This document shows positions 9,790-18,028 of a stretch of 64,000 nucleotides of DNA, in pieces. Within the stretch, counting starts at the first letter, position 1. Every line of letters starts with the position of its first letter. The translations under genes and the position numbers were made by a program. The DNA is from Enterobacterales bacterium. GTDB lineage: Bacteria; Pseudomonadota; Gammaproteobacteria; Enterobacterales; Kangiellaceae. Below the pieces are notes generated by a model. That model was not told the origin of the DNA, ran no database searches, and saw nothing but the letters and a program-made list of their open reading frames with translations. Location: contig JAUZSK010000075.1 in assembly GCA_030949565.1 (NCBI GenBank), forward strand, positions 16,277 through 80,276, read 5' to 3'.

Positions 9790-10223
9790 TGTATTTCCTT
9801 AATCATAATTCTATTGGGTTGATTGAGCAGAACCAACCTGGCTTAATTCTCTGATCGACAGAATGAAGGGTAACAACCATGCCGAGCATTGTAGCAACCA
9901 GAAGATTAGCGATGCTAGTCAAATTGCAACATAATTGATCTCTATCAATGATTTATACCGGTTATCATTCAAGATTCCTGATTAATAGCGGTTATAAATA
10001 GCAACCAAACAAGAGGGAGCCAATACAATACCTGAACGACTTTACAGGGTTTATTTTTCAGGTATACTTGCGCCCCATTAGACCTTGGACTAAATTTTAA
10101 CCAACCGTTAAATTGTCCAGTGCGCTAAACCGCTATTAAACAATTCAACGATTGAACAGCCATAAGGTCGCTTTGTACTTATTACAAAGGCAAACCTACG
10201 CTTTTTAACATGGAAACAACACT

Positions 10224-10997
10224 ATGCAAGCACTATTGACTATCGCCGTACGAGCGGCAAGAAAAGCGGGCGATTTTATTATCCGAGAAGCGAATCATAT
10301 TAGCTCTATCGAGAGCAAATCTCAAAATGATTATGTCACCAATGTTGACCAAGCCGCCGAACAACTTATCATAGAAACCATTCGTCACTCCTATCCTGAG
10401 CATAGCTTTTTAGGTGAAGAAAGTGGCAATAGCGGCGAAAGCGACTATCAGTGGGTGATTGATCCCATTGATGGCACCACTAATTTTATTCGAAAAATTC
10501 CTCATTGGGCAATCTCTATCGCCTGTAAGCATAAAGGACGCACTCAAGTTGGCGTTGTATATGACCCAAGCAAGCAAGAGCTGTTTACTGCGGTTCAAGG
10601 TCGTGGTGCGCAGCTTGATAACAAAAAAATGCGGGTTAGCCATACCAAAGGACTAGAACATAGTCTACTTGCCACCGGTTTTCCTTTTCGCAGTGAGCAA
10701 AAATTGGCCGATTATCTCGCTGTATTTAGCAAGCTTTATCCCCATTGTTCCGATATGCGACGCGCTGGTTCTGCTGCGCTGGATTTAGCTTATGTGGCCA
10801 CGGGGCGATTTGATGGGTTTTGGGAATTTGGTTTAAGCCCTTGGGATACAGCCGCAGGAGTACTCCTAGTACAAGAATCGGGCGGTATGGTGTCCGATAT
10901 TGATGGCAACCCCAATTATGAAGATAAGGGCTCGATAATTGCAGCAAATCCTCAAGCTTTTAAAGCCATGCTTAAGGTCATTCATCAAAAAGACTGA
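10224..10997 (+). CDS. suhB: Inositol-1-monophosphatase
   Basis: LTIAVRAARKAG, GEE, WVIDPIDGTTNF and WDTAAG motifs. Confidence 0.92.
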   Translation: MQALLTIAVRAARKAGDFIIREANHISSIESKSQNDYVTNVDQAAEQLIIETIRHSYPEHSFLGEESGNSGESDYQWVIDPIDGTTNFIRKIPHWAISIACKHKGRTQVGVVYDPSKQELFTAVQGRGAQLDNKKMRVSHTKGLEHSLLATGFPFRSEQKLADYLAVFSKLYPHCSDMRRAGSAALDLAYVATGRFDGFWEFGLSPWDTAAGVLLVQESGGMVSDIDGNPNYEDKGSIIAANPQAFKAMLKVIHQKD

Positions 10998-11041
10998 TCT
11001 TAATCAATAAAATAGGTTTGTTGTTTAATCCATAAGGCGCT

Positions 11042-11066
11042 ATACTTGACTAAATTAGTTGGTTAT
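11042..11066 (+). promoter_or_regulatory. Type-1 IscR binding site overlapping a TTGACT -35 element upstream of iscR
   Basis: ATACTTGACTAAATTAGTTGGTTAT differs from the published type-1 consensus ATASYYGACTRWWWYAGTCRRSTAT at 2 of 25 positions. It lies 73 nt upstream of the iscR ATG. Confidence 0.6.
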
Positions 11067-11138
11067 TACAAAATATCGGTCTAGAATAGGCAAATTACGC
11101 TATTCAAGTCGTTTTATAACAGCTCAAGCGAGGTAAAT

Positions 11139-11606
11139 ATGCGCCTTACCACCAAAGGACGGTATGCCGTCACCGCAGTTCTTGATTTAGCTTTAAATAG
11201 CAAAGATAAACCGGTAAACCTGAGTGATATTTCATCACGACAAGCCATTTCTCTGTCCTACTTGGAACAACTTTTTTCTAAGTTAAGAAAAAATAACATT
11301 GTAAAAAGTATTCGAGGACCTGGCGGCGGCTATTTGCTCAATGCTCCACGAGATCAAATTAGTGTTGCCACCATTATTAACGCAGTTAACGAATCGGTCG
11401 AGCTATCTCGCTGTGATGGACGAGCCAACTGTCACGATGGCCAACAATGCCTGACGCATAATCTTTGGGTTGATTTAAGCGACCGGATTAATGATTTTTT
11501 GGATAGAATTAGCATCGGTGAGTTAATTCGACAAAATGAACAGCAAAATAGTCAAATCAACCGAAACCATCAGGGTGACATTCCCATTTCATCCTATGGG
11601 TCATAA
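11139..11606 (+). CDS. iscR: Rrf2-family Fe-S regulator IscR
   Basis: [19 protein letters not shown] wHTH N-terminus and the three-Cys cluster-ligand spacing C-x5-C-x5-C ([14 protein letters not shown]). Confidence 0.9.
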   Translation: MRLTTKGRYAVTAVLDLALNSKDKPVNLSDISSRQAISLSYLEQLFSKLRKNNIVKSIRGPGGGYLLNAPRDQISVATIINAVNESVELSRCDGRANCHDGQQCLTHNLWVDLSDRINDFLDRISIGELIRQNEQQNSQINRNHQGDIPISSYGS

Positions 11607-11749
11607 CCGCAAGTCGTACCAACCTAGTTGTTTTAAATGAGAAAATTTTATGTCCGAAGTGATTGACCAATATGTAAAATCTGAATATCAAGCAGGCTTT
11701 GTAGACCGATGTTGATTCGGAAACCATTGCACCTGGGCTTAATGAAGAT

Positions 11750-13087
11750 GTGATTCGATTTATTTCGGCTAAAAAAAATGAACCAAGCTGGCTGCTAGAT
11801 TGGCGATTAAAAGCTTTTGAAACTTGGAAAACAATGGATGAACCCGATTGGGCACATCTTAAGTATCCGAAGATAAACCTGGATGAAATTTCTTTTTATT
11901 CTGCACCGAAAAGTCTGGATGACGCACCGAAAAGTCTGGATGAAGTCGACCCTGAACTTATTGCAACCTATAACAAATTAGGGATACCGCTGCATGAACA
12001 AGCCACTTTGGCCGGTGTTGCGGTGGACATAGTGTTTGACTCAGTGTCCATTGTCACCACCTTCAAAGAGAAATTAGCAGAAGCTGGCGTGGTATTTTGC
12101 CCTATTTCTGAAGCGGTTCATCGCTATCCAGAGCTCGTTAAAAAATATTTAGGCAGCGTTGTTCCACAGAAAGACAACTATTTTGCGGCACTCAATTGCG
12201 CGGTGTTTAGTGATGGTTCCTTTGTTTATATTCCTAAAGGCGTGCGTTGCCCGATGGAATTATCCACCTATTTTAGAATTAATGAAGCCAATACCGGGCA
12301 GTTTGAACGAACCCTAATTATTGCTGATGAATCCAGCCATGTGAGTTACCTTGAAGGTTGTACAGCCCCAATGCGAGATGAAAACCAACTACATGCGGCG
12401 GTGGTTGAACTAGTCTGTATGGATAATGCGGAGATTAAGTATTCCACCGTACAAAACTGGTATCCGGGTGATGAAAATGGCGTTGGTGGTATCTATAATT
12501 TTGTTACCAAACGCGGAGTATGCCACCAAAATAGTAAAATATCCTGGACCCAGGTTGAAACAGGCTCTGCTATTACTTGGAAATATCCATCGGTCATTTT
12601 ACGCGGTGATAACAGTATTGGTGAGTTCTATTCTGTCGCCCTCACCCGTAATTATCAACAGGCTGATACCGGTACAAAAATGATCCATCTCGGAAAAAAT
12701 ACTAAGTCCACTATAATATCAAAAGGTATTTCAGCCGGTAAAAGCTCCAACGCCTACCGCGGGCTTGTTAAAATGGGACCGCGCGCTGAAGGCGCTCGAA
12801 ATTTTACCCAATGTGATTCACTACTCATCGGTGATCGCTGTGCCGCTCATACTTTCCCCTACATTGAAAGTAAACATCCCAATGCGATTATTGAACATGA
12901 AGCGACGACATCTAAGGTCAGTGATGACCAATTGTTTTTATGTTTACAACGTGGAATAGAAACTGAAAAAGCAGTATCCATGATCGTTAATGGATTCTGT
13001 AAAGAAGTATTTAAAGAACTCCCGATGGAATTTGCGGTGGAAGCAGGCAAGCTATTGGAAGTTAGTCTTGAAGGCGCTGTCGGTTAA
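11750..13087 (+). CDS. sufB: Fe-S cluster assembly scaffold SufB. The long ORF starts at GTG 11750; the conserved N-terminal 18 codons are out of frame at 11650-11703.
   Basis: High conservation throughout ([45 protein letters not shown]). The upstream ATG 11650 gives ...YQAGFV. Removing one base near 11703/11704 joins it to [19 protein letters not shown]. Confidence 0.92.
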   Translation: MIRFISAKKNEPSWLLDWRLKAFETWKTMDEPDWAHLKYPKINLDEISFYSAPKSLDDAPKSLDEVDPELIATYNKLGIPLHEQATLAGVAVDIVFDSVSIVTTFKEKLAEAGVVFCPISEAVHRYPELVKKYLGSVVPQKDNYFAALNCAVFSDGSFVYIPKGVRCPMELSTYFRINEANTGQFERTLIIADESSHVSYLEGCTAPMRDENQLHAAVVELVCMDNAEIKYSTVQNWYPGDENGVGGIYNFVTKRGVCHQNSKISWTQVETGSAITWKYPSVILRGDNSIGEFYSVALTRNYQQADTGTKMIHLGKNTKSTIISKGISAGKSSNAYRGLVKMGPRAEGARNFTQCDSLLIGDRCAAHTFPYIESKHPNAIIEHEATTSKVSDDQLFLCLQRGIETEKAVSMIVNGFCKEVFKELPMEFAVEAGKLLEVSLEGAVG

Positions 13088-13151
13088 CAGATACTGACTA
13101 GCGACTACCGATAAAAAACAATCTATTTAATTGACCAATCGAGAATCATCA

Positions 13152-13895
13152 ATGTTAAGCATTAAAAATTTACAAGCCAAAGTTGAAGACAAAACTATTT
13201 TAAAAGGTTTATCATTAGAAATAAAACCTGGTGAAGTGCATGCCATTATGGGGCCCAATGGTTCTGGGAAAAGCACTCTTGGCTATGTTCTTTCTGGTAA
13301 GCCGGGTTATGAAGTCACTGCTGGAAGCGCTACATTTAATGGGGAAAATCTATTTGATTTTGAAACCGATGAACGCGCTAAAAAAGGTCTATTTTTAGCC
13401 TTCCAATACCCCGTTGAAATACCTGGTGTCAACAATATGGAGTTTTTGAAAACCAGTGTGGATGCGGTCAGAGAATACCAACAAAAAGAGCCATTGAGTA
13501 CAGTCAACTTTATGAAACTAGCACGGCAGAAATGTGCGGAAGTTAACCTTGATCCTGCCTTTTTAAAACGCGGTGTTAATGAAGGTTTTTCCGGTGGCGA
13601 GAAAAAGCGCAATGAAATTATGCAAATGATGCTTCTTGAGCCCTCTTTGTCCATTTTAGATGAAACTGATTCTGGCCTAGATATCGATGCCCTACAAGTG
13701 GTAGCAAAGGGCGTAAATGCCTGTCGAGATGGCAAACGTTCCTTTATCATTGTCACTCACTATCAACGACTACTGGATTTTATTGTGCCCGACCATGTGC
13801 ACGTGCTATCCGATGGAAAAATTATTCGTTCGGGTGGTAAGGAACTGGCGCTTGAACTAGAAGATAAAGGCTACGGCTGGATAGAAAAGGCGTAA
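13152..13895 (+). CDS. sufC: Fe-S cluster assembly ATPase SufC
   Basis: Walker A GPNGSGKST, the signature FSGGEKKRNEI, and Walker B ILDETDSGLD. Confidence 0.95.
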   Translation: MLSIKNLQAKVEDKTILKGLSLEIKPGEVHAIMGPNGSGKSTLGYVLSGKPGYEVTAGSATFNGENLFDFETDERAKKGLFLAFQYPVEIPGVNNMEFLKTSVDAVREYQQKEPLSTVNFMKLARQKCAEVNLDPAFLKRGVNEGFSGGEKKRNEIMQMMLLEPSLSILDETDSGLDIDALQVVAKGVNACRDGKRSFIIVTHYQRLLDFIVPDHVHVLSDGKIIRSGGKELALELEDKGYGWIEKA

Positions 13896-13902
13896 CCTAG
13901 AG

Positions 13903-15273
13903 ATGAACTTGAAATTACAAAATAATTGTTATCCAATCAGCCAGAAATCTGATATTGAACAATTGAAAGAACAATTAACAGCAAACCAAAAATCTGAATT
14001 GGATTGGCTGCTAGCTTTGCGTCACGCTGAAATTGAAAATTTTTCCCAACAAGCGTTAGCGCACAGAAAAATGGAACATTGGAAGTACAATGATGTCTAT
14101 TTTTTAATGGATAAAACATTTGAACTTTATACAGATGAATATCTAAAACCTGACATTTTGGAGCAAGTCAAAGAGAAAATTGAACAAGAGTTTAAACACA
14201 CCCAATCAATTATTTTTACCTTTATTGATGGTCATTGGATAGAAGCTTTATCATCCAATGCTGCATCTAGTTCGGTCAGCAGCACTCTATTTAGTCAAGC
14301 CAATGCCGAACAAATTAGTTTTATAAATAAACAACTTAAAGCTAACCAACAATCTAGAAATAGCTTTATCCAATTAAATAACGGACTTTGTGCTGACGGT
14401 TTACTAATCGAAGTGAGCAAACAACACAAAATTGAACAGCCTATTATTCTTTTGCAATTCAAAACGCAAGCCGCTCAAAATCATATTTCTGGCTGTCAGA
14501 TCTTGGTTAAAGCTGAACAGTCCAGTCAATTCCAATTAGCTGAATATGGATTTGTTCTCAAATCTAATACCTCAGAAAAGAAACAGGCGTTGCACCTATC
14601 TTTGGCTCAAACCCAGATTTATTTAGCGCCATGCAGCCAGTGTCAATATTATCGTATTCATGCGGAATCAGAAGACGCCTGTCAAATTGCTCGTTGTGTG
14701 ATTAGCCTCGATACTCAAGCGGAACTTAAAGCATTCTTCTATGCCGAAGGCAGTCAAATTAATAAGCTTGATCTAGATGTGTTGCATATTGGGCAGCATT
14801 CAACATCCGATCTCGTTGGCGTTTACCTGCCGCGTTTTGAACAGAATATTGATTTTCATACCACGCTTGAACATCGCGTGGCTAATTGCCAAAGTCGAGA
14901 GGTTTTTCGCGGCATTATGGCAGATAGTTCGACAGCAACATTTAACGGGAAAATACATATTTTTCAAGATGCTCAAAAAACCGATGCTCAACTTAATAAC
15001 AAAAACCTTTTGTTAACCAACCAAGCAACCATTAATACTAAACCTGAATTAGAGATTTATGCTGATGATGTTGTTTGTGCACATGGTGCGACCGTTGCAG
15101 AAATAGACGCCGACGCTATCTATTTTTTACAAACTCGCGGCATTGGTCAAACCCGAGCGAAAAAAATGTTAAGTGTTGGTTTTATTCAAGAACTGATTGA
15201 AAAGATGCCTGAGTCTGCAATTCGTCAGGATATTACTCAACGCGCTCAAATCTGCCTTTCAAATATTCAATAA
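13903..15273 (+). CDS. sufD: Fe-S cluster assembly protein SufD
   Basis: Position between sufC and sufS, plus the C-terminal SufBD-fold motifs (NKNLLL, KPELEIYADDV.C.HGATV, ALFYL..RGI). Confidence 0.9.
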   Translation: MNLKLQNNCYPISQKSDIEQLKEQLTANQKSELDWLLALRHAEIENFSQQALAHRKMEHWKYNDVYFLMDKTFELYTDEYLKPDILEQVKEKIEQEFKHTQSIIFTFIDGHWIEALSSNAASSSVSSTLFSQANAEQISFINKQLKANQQSRNSFIQLNNGLCADGLLIEVSKQHKIEQPIILLQFKTQAAQNHISGCQILVKAEQSSQFQLAEYGFVLKSNTSEKKQALHLSLAQTQIYLAPCSQCQYYRIHAESEDACQIARCVISLDTQAELKAFFYAEGSQINKLDLDVLHIGQHSTSDLVGVYLPRFEQNIDFHTTLEHRVANCQSREVFRGIMADSSTATFNGKIHIFQDAQKTDAQLNNKNLLLTNQATINTKPELEIYADDVVCAHGATVAEIDADAIYFLQTRGIGQTRAKKMLSVGFIQELIEKMPESAIRQDITQRAQICLSNIQ

Positions 15274-15292
15274 CCTAGCGCTGCATTCACTT

Positions 15293-16564
15293 ATGTCAAA
15301 TTTAAATAAACAAGCACCAGATAATCATCCGACCAGACATTTTCGGTCGTTAGATATTGAGAAAATCCGTGCAGACTTTCCCATTCTCGCGCAGAAAGTC
15401 AATGGTCATGAGCTGATCTATTTTGACAATGCGGCTACCTCTCAGAAACCACTATCAGTGATAAAGGCAGTCGATACCTACTATCAAAGCAGCAATTCCA
15501 ATGTTCATCGAGGCGCCCACTACTTAAGTGACCAAGCGACTCAACAATTTGAACAGGCTAGACAAAAAGTACAAGCGTACATCAATGCGGCCAATCGAGA
15601 AGAAGTGATATGGACTAGAGGGACTACCGAAGCGATTAACCTGGTGGCCCAAACTTGGGGCCGACAAAATATTAAAGCGGATGATGAAATTATATTAAGT
15701 AGCCTAGAACATCACTCCAATATCGTCCCTTGGCAGATGTTGGCTGAAGAAAAAAAGGCTCATATTCGAGTGATTAATATTGATGCTGATGGTCAACTTG
15801 ATCTCAGCCATTTTGAATCTCTGCTTTGTGACAAAACCAAGCTAGTTTCGGTTGGTCATGTATCCAACGCTCTCGGCGTTACCAATCCGATACAAGACAT
15901 CATCAAATTAGCCCACCAACAGGGTGCCAAGGTATTGATAGATGGCGCGCAGGCGATGGCTCATTCCAGTGTCGATGTGCAACAGTTAGACTGTGATTTT
16001 TATGCGTTTTCGGGCCATAAGATGTTTGCTCCAATGGGAATTGGAGTTTTATACGGTAAGTCGGAGCTATTGAATAGCATGCCGCCTTGGCAAGGTGGTG
16101 GCGAAATGATAGAAAAGGTCAGTTTTGATAAAACCACCTTTAATCAAATACCTTACAAATTTGAAGCCGGTACACCCAACGTCTCGGGCGCTATCGGAAT
16201 AGCTACAGCTATCGATTATCTTGCTCAGTTTAATTCGGATGATATCGCCGCCTACGAGCAACAACTGTTGAATTATGCAACGCAAGCACTTTTGAAAATT
16301 GAAGGGCTTGTGATAGAGGGTAACTGCCCCAATAAAGTCGCAGTGATTAGTTTTAATATTGTTGGTTGCCACGGACAAGATCTTGGGATGCTGTTAGATC
16401 AACAAGGGGTCGCTTTACGAACCGGACATCATTGTGCAATGCCATTAATGCAATGCCTCGGTATTAATGGAACGGTCAGAGTGTCCTTTAGTTTTTATAA
16501 CAACCAGCAAGAGATTGACCAGTTTGTACAAGCATTGATAAAAGCTAAATCCATGTTGGTTTAG
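15293..16564 (+). CDS. sufS: Cysteine desulfurase SufS (group II)
   Basis: YFDNAATSQKP, NSNVHRG, SGHKM (PLP lysine) and RTGHHCA (active-site Cys). The ORF-track start at 15197 overlaps sufD; ATG 15293 is preferred. Confidence 0.93.
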   Translation: MSNLNKQAPDNHPTRHFRSLDIEKIRADFPILAQKVNGHELIYFDNAATSQKPLSVIKAVDTYYQSSNSNVHRGAHYLSDQATQQFEQARQKVQAYINAANREEVIWTRGTTEAINLVAQTWGRQNIKADDEIILSSLEHHSNIVPWQMLAEEKKAHIRVINIDADGQLDLSHFESLLCDKTKLVSVGHVSNALGVTNPIQDIIKLAHQQGAKVLIDGAQAMAHSSVDVQQLDCDFYAFSGHKMFAPMGIGVLYGKSELLNSMPPWQGGGEMIEKVSFDKTTFNQIPYKFEAGTPNVSGAIGIATAIDYLAQFNSDDIAAYEQQLLNYATQALLKIEGLVIEGNCPNKVAVISFNIVGCHGQDLGMLLDQQGVALRTGHHCAMPLMQCLGINGTVRVSFSFYNNQQEIDQFVQALIKAKSMLV

Positions 16565-16642
16565 ATTTTCTTGTGACGACGATACACCGATAGAATTTGC
16601 AACATCAGCTAACCTATAACGCTTTTGTTTGGAGACATGATA

Positions 16643-17026
16643 ATGAGCGCCAATAATAAATTAGTACAAACTTTTGACCCGCTGAAAGTATCGCCTGTGG
16701 CGTTTACTGATTCCGCGATCACCCACTTAAAAAAGCAAGTAGAAAATCAAAACGCACTAGGAATAGTTTTTAATGTAAAAGAAAGTGGCTGTTCAGGCTA
16801 CAAGTATCTATTGGAATTGGCTTTTGATAAAAGTGATACCGCTCATGTTTATGCGGTGACTGATTCACTAGAACTCTATGTTGAACCAAGCATTATTGAT
16901 CTGATCCGCGGCACTCAAGTTGACTATGTTCAAGAAGGCGTTAATTATCGCCTTGATTTTAAAAACCCTAACGCGACCGCAAGCTGCGGTTGTGGTGAAA
17001 GTTTTAGCGTCTCCCCTGTCGAGTAA
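16643..17026 (+). CDS. sufA: A-type Fe-S carrier (IscA/SufA/HesB family)
   Basis: GCSGY...C-terminal SCGCGESF motif, with a GGAGA ribosome-binding site 7 nt upstream of ATG 16643. Confidence 0.85.
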   Translation: MSANNKLVQTFDPLKVSPVAFTDSAITHLKKQVENQNALGIVFNVKESGCSGYKYLLELAFDKSDTAHVYAVTDSLELYVEPSIIDLIRGTQVDYVQEGVNYRLDFKNPNATASCGCGESFSVSPVE

Positions 17027-17039
17027 AGAGTCAAACTTT

Positions 17040-17588
17040 ATGAATGCATTTTCTCAAGGCCGAAAAATGGTAGTCGCACTGCAAGACTGCCCTGCTCGTC
17101 TAGTACCTGCCGGTACAAAAATAATGATCCCTAAAGATACCTTTGTCACGATTACTCAAGATCTCGGTGGTAATTATACGGTCGCAGTCAATGGCAACAT
17201 GGCAAGAGTCGATGGAACTGACGCCGCCTATTTGGGCTTAAAAGCGGAAAAATTAAATTTTGAAGCCGCTAAAGATGAGCAAATTAATGAAGATCAAGTC
17301 TGGCAAGCCTTAAAGAGTATTTTTGACCCTGAAATTCCCGTTAATCTAGTTGATTTGGGTCTAATATATCGAGTAGAAGTTGACAATGAAAAACACCTGG
17401 TGAACATAGACATGACCTTAACCGCACCTGGTTGTGGCATGGGACCCGTGCTGGTCGGCGATGTTGAATACCGCGTAGCAACAGTCCCTAATGTTCAATC
17501 GGTTAATGTTGAATTAATCTTTGAGCCGGCATGGAACAGAGATATGATGAGTGATGAAGCAAAACTTGAAACAGGACTATTTTTCTAA
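17040..17588 (+). CDS. sufT: SufT-type Fe-S assembly protein (DUF59/MIP18 domain with N-terminal extension)
   Basis: VWQALKSIFDPEIPVNLVDLGLIY...TLTAPGCGMG DUF59 core in a suf operon context. The ORF-track start at 16920 overlaps sufA and is rejected in favour of ATG 17040. Confidence 0.8.
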   Translation: MNAFSQGRKMVVALQDCPARLVPAGTKIMIPKDTFVTITQDLGGNYTVAVNGNMARVDGTDAAYLGLKAEKLNFEAAKDEQINEDQVWQALKSIFDPEIPVNLVDLGLIYRVEVDNEKHLVNIDMTLTAPGCGMGPVLVGDVEYRVATVPNVQSVNVELIFEPAWNRDMMSDEAKLETGLFF

Positions 17589-17996
17589 ATGATTCAAACC
17601 ACCGAAATAATTGAAACCCTCAGTTTTTTTGATTGTTGGGAAGATCGCTATCGTTATATGATTGAACTGGGCAAAGAGTTACCAGCAATGGATAATGATC
17701 TTAAAACCCAGGATAAACTGGTTCCCGGATGTCAAAGCCGAGTTTGGATTGATTGGAAAAACATCAATGGTCTACTTCATTTTGAAGTCGATAGCGATGC
17801 GCTAATTGTTAAAGGGTTGCTGGCATTGGTGATGGCAGCCTATCAAGATAAAAGTGCTAACGATATAATTGAATTCGATATTCAAAATTACTTTGAGCAA
17901 CTCGATCTCATTAAGCACCTCAGCCCAACCCGAGGTAATGGATTGCAAGCAATGATTGGAAAAATACAGGGTGCCGCTAGGCAAATGCTTGATTGA
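17589..17996 (+). CDS. sufE: Cysteine desulfuration (sulfur acceptor) protein SufE
   Basis: WEDRYRYMIELGK..L, the active-site motif VPGCQSRVW, and SPTRGNGL. Confidence 0.9.
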   Translation: MIQTTEIIETLSFFDCWEDRYRYMIELGKELPAMDNDLKTQDKLVPGCQSRVWIDWKNINGLLHFEVDSDALIVKGLLALVMAAYQDKSANDIIEFDIQNYFEQLDLIKHLSPTRGNGLQAMIGKIQGAARQMLD

Positions 17997-18028
17997 TTAT
18001 GGCTACAAGACTAATGTCCACTCAGAAA

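Noticed and set aside
9790-10223. A riboswitch or small RNA in the 434-bp moaB-suhB intergenic region (for example a Moco riboswitch upstream of moaB)
   Set aside because: I could not recognise the conserved Moco-motif elements or any strong conserved-looking structure by eye. This would need a covariance-model scan.
13307-13756. Long antisense ORFs inside conserved genes: 13307-13756 in sufC, 16067-16378 in sufS, 34062-34433 in rnfB, 62088-62420 in rpoS, 19689-19946 in the RND gene, and others in the track
   Set aside because: Each lies wholly within, and opposite to, a strongly conserved CDS and has no motif content of its own. These are typical shadow ORFs.
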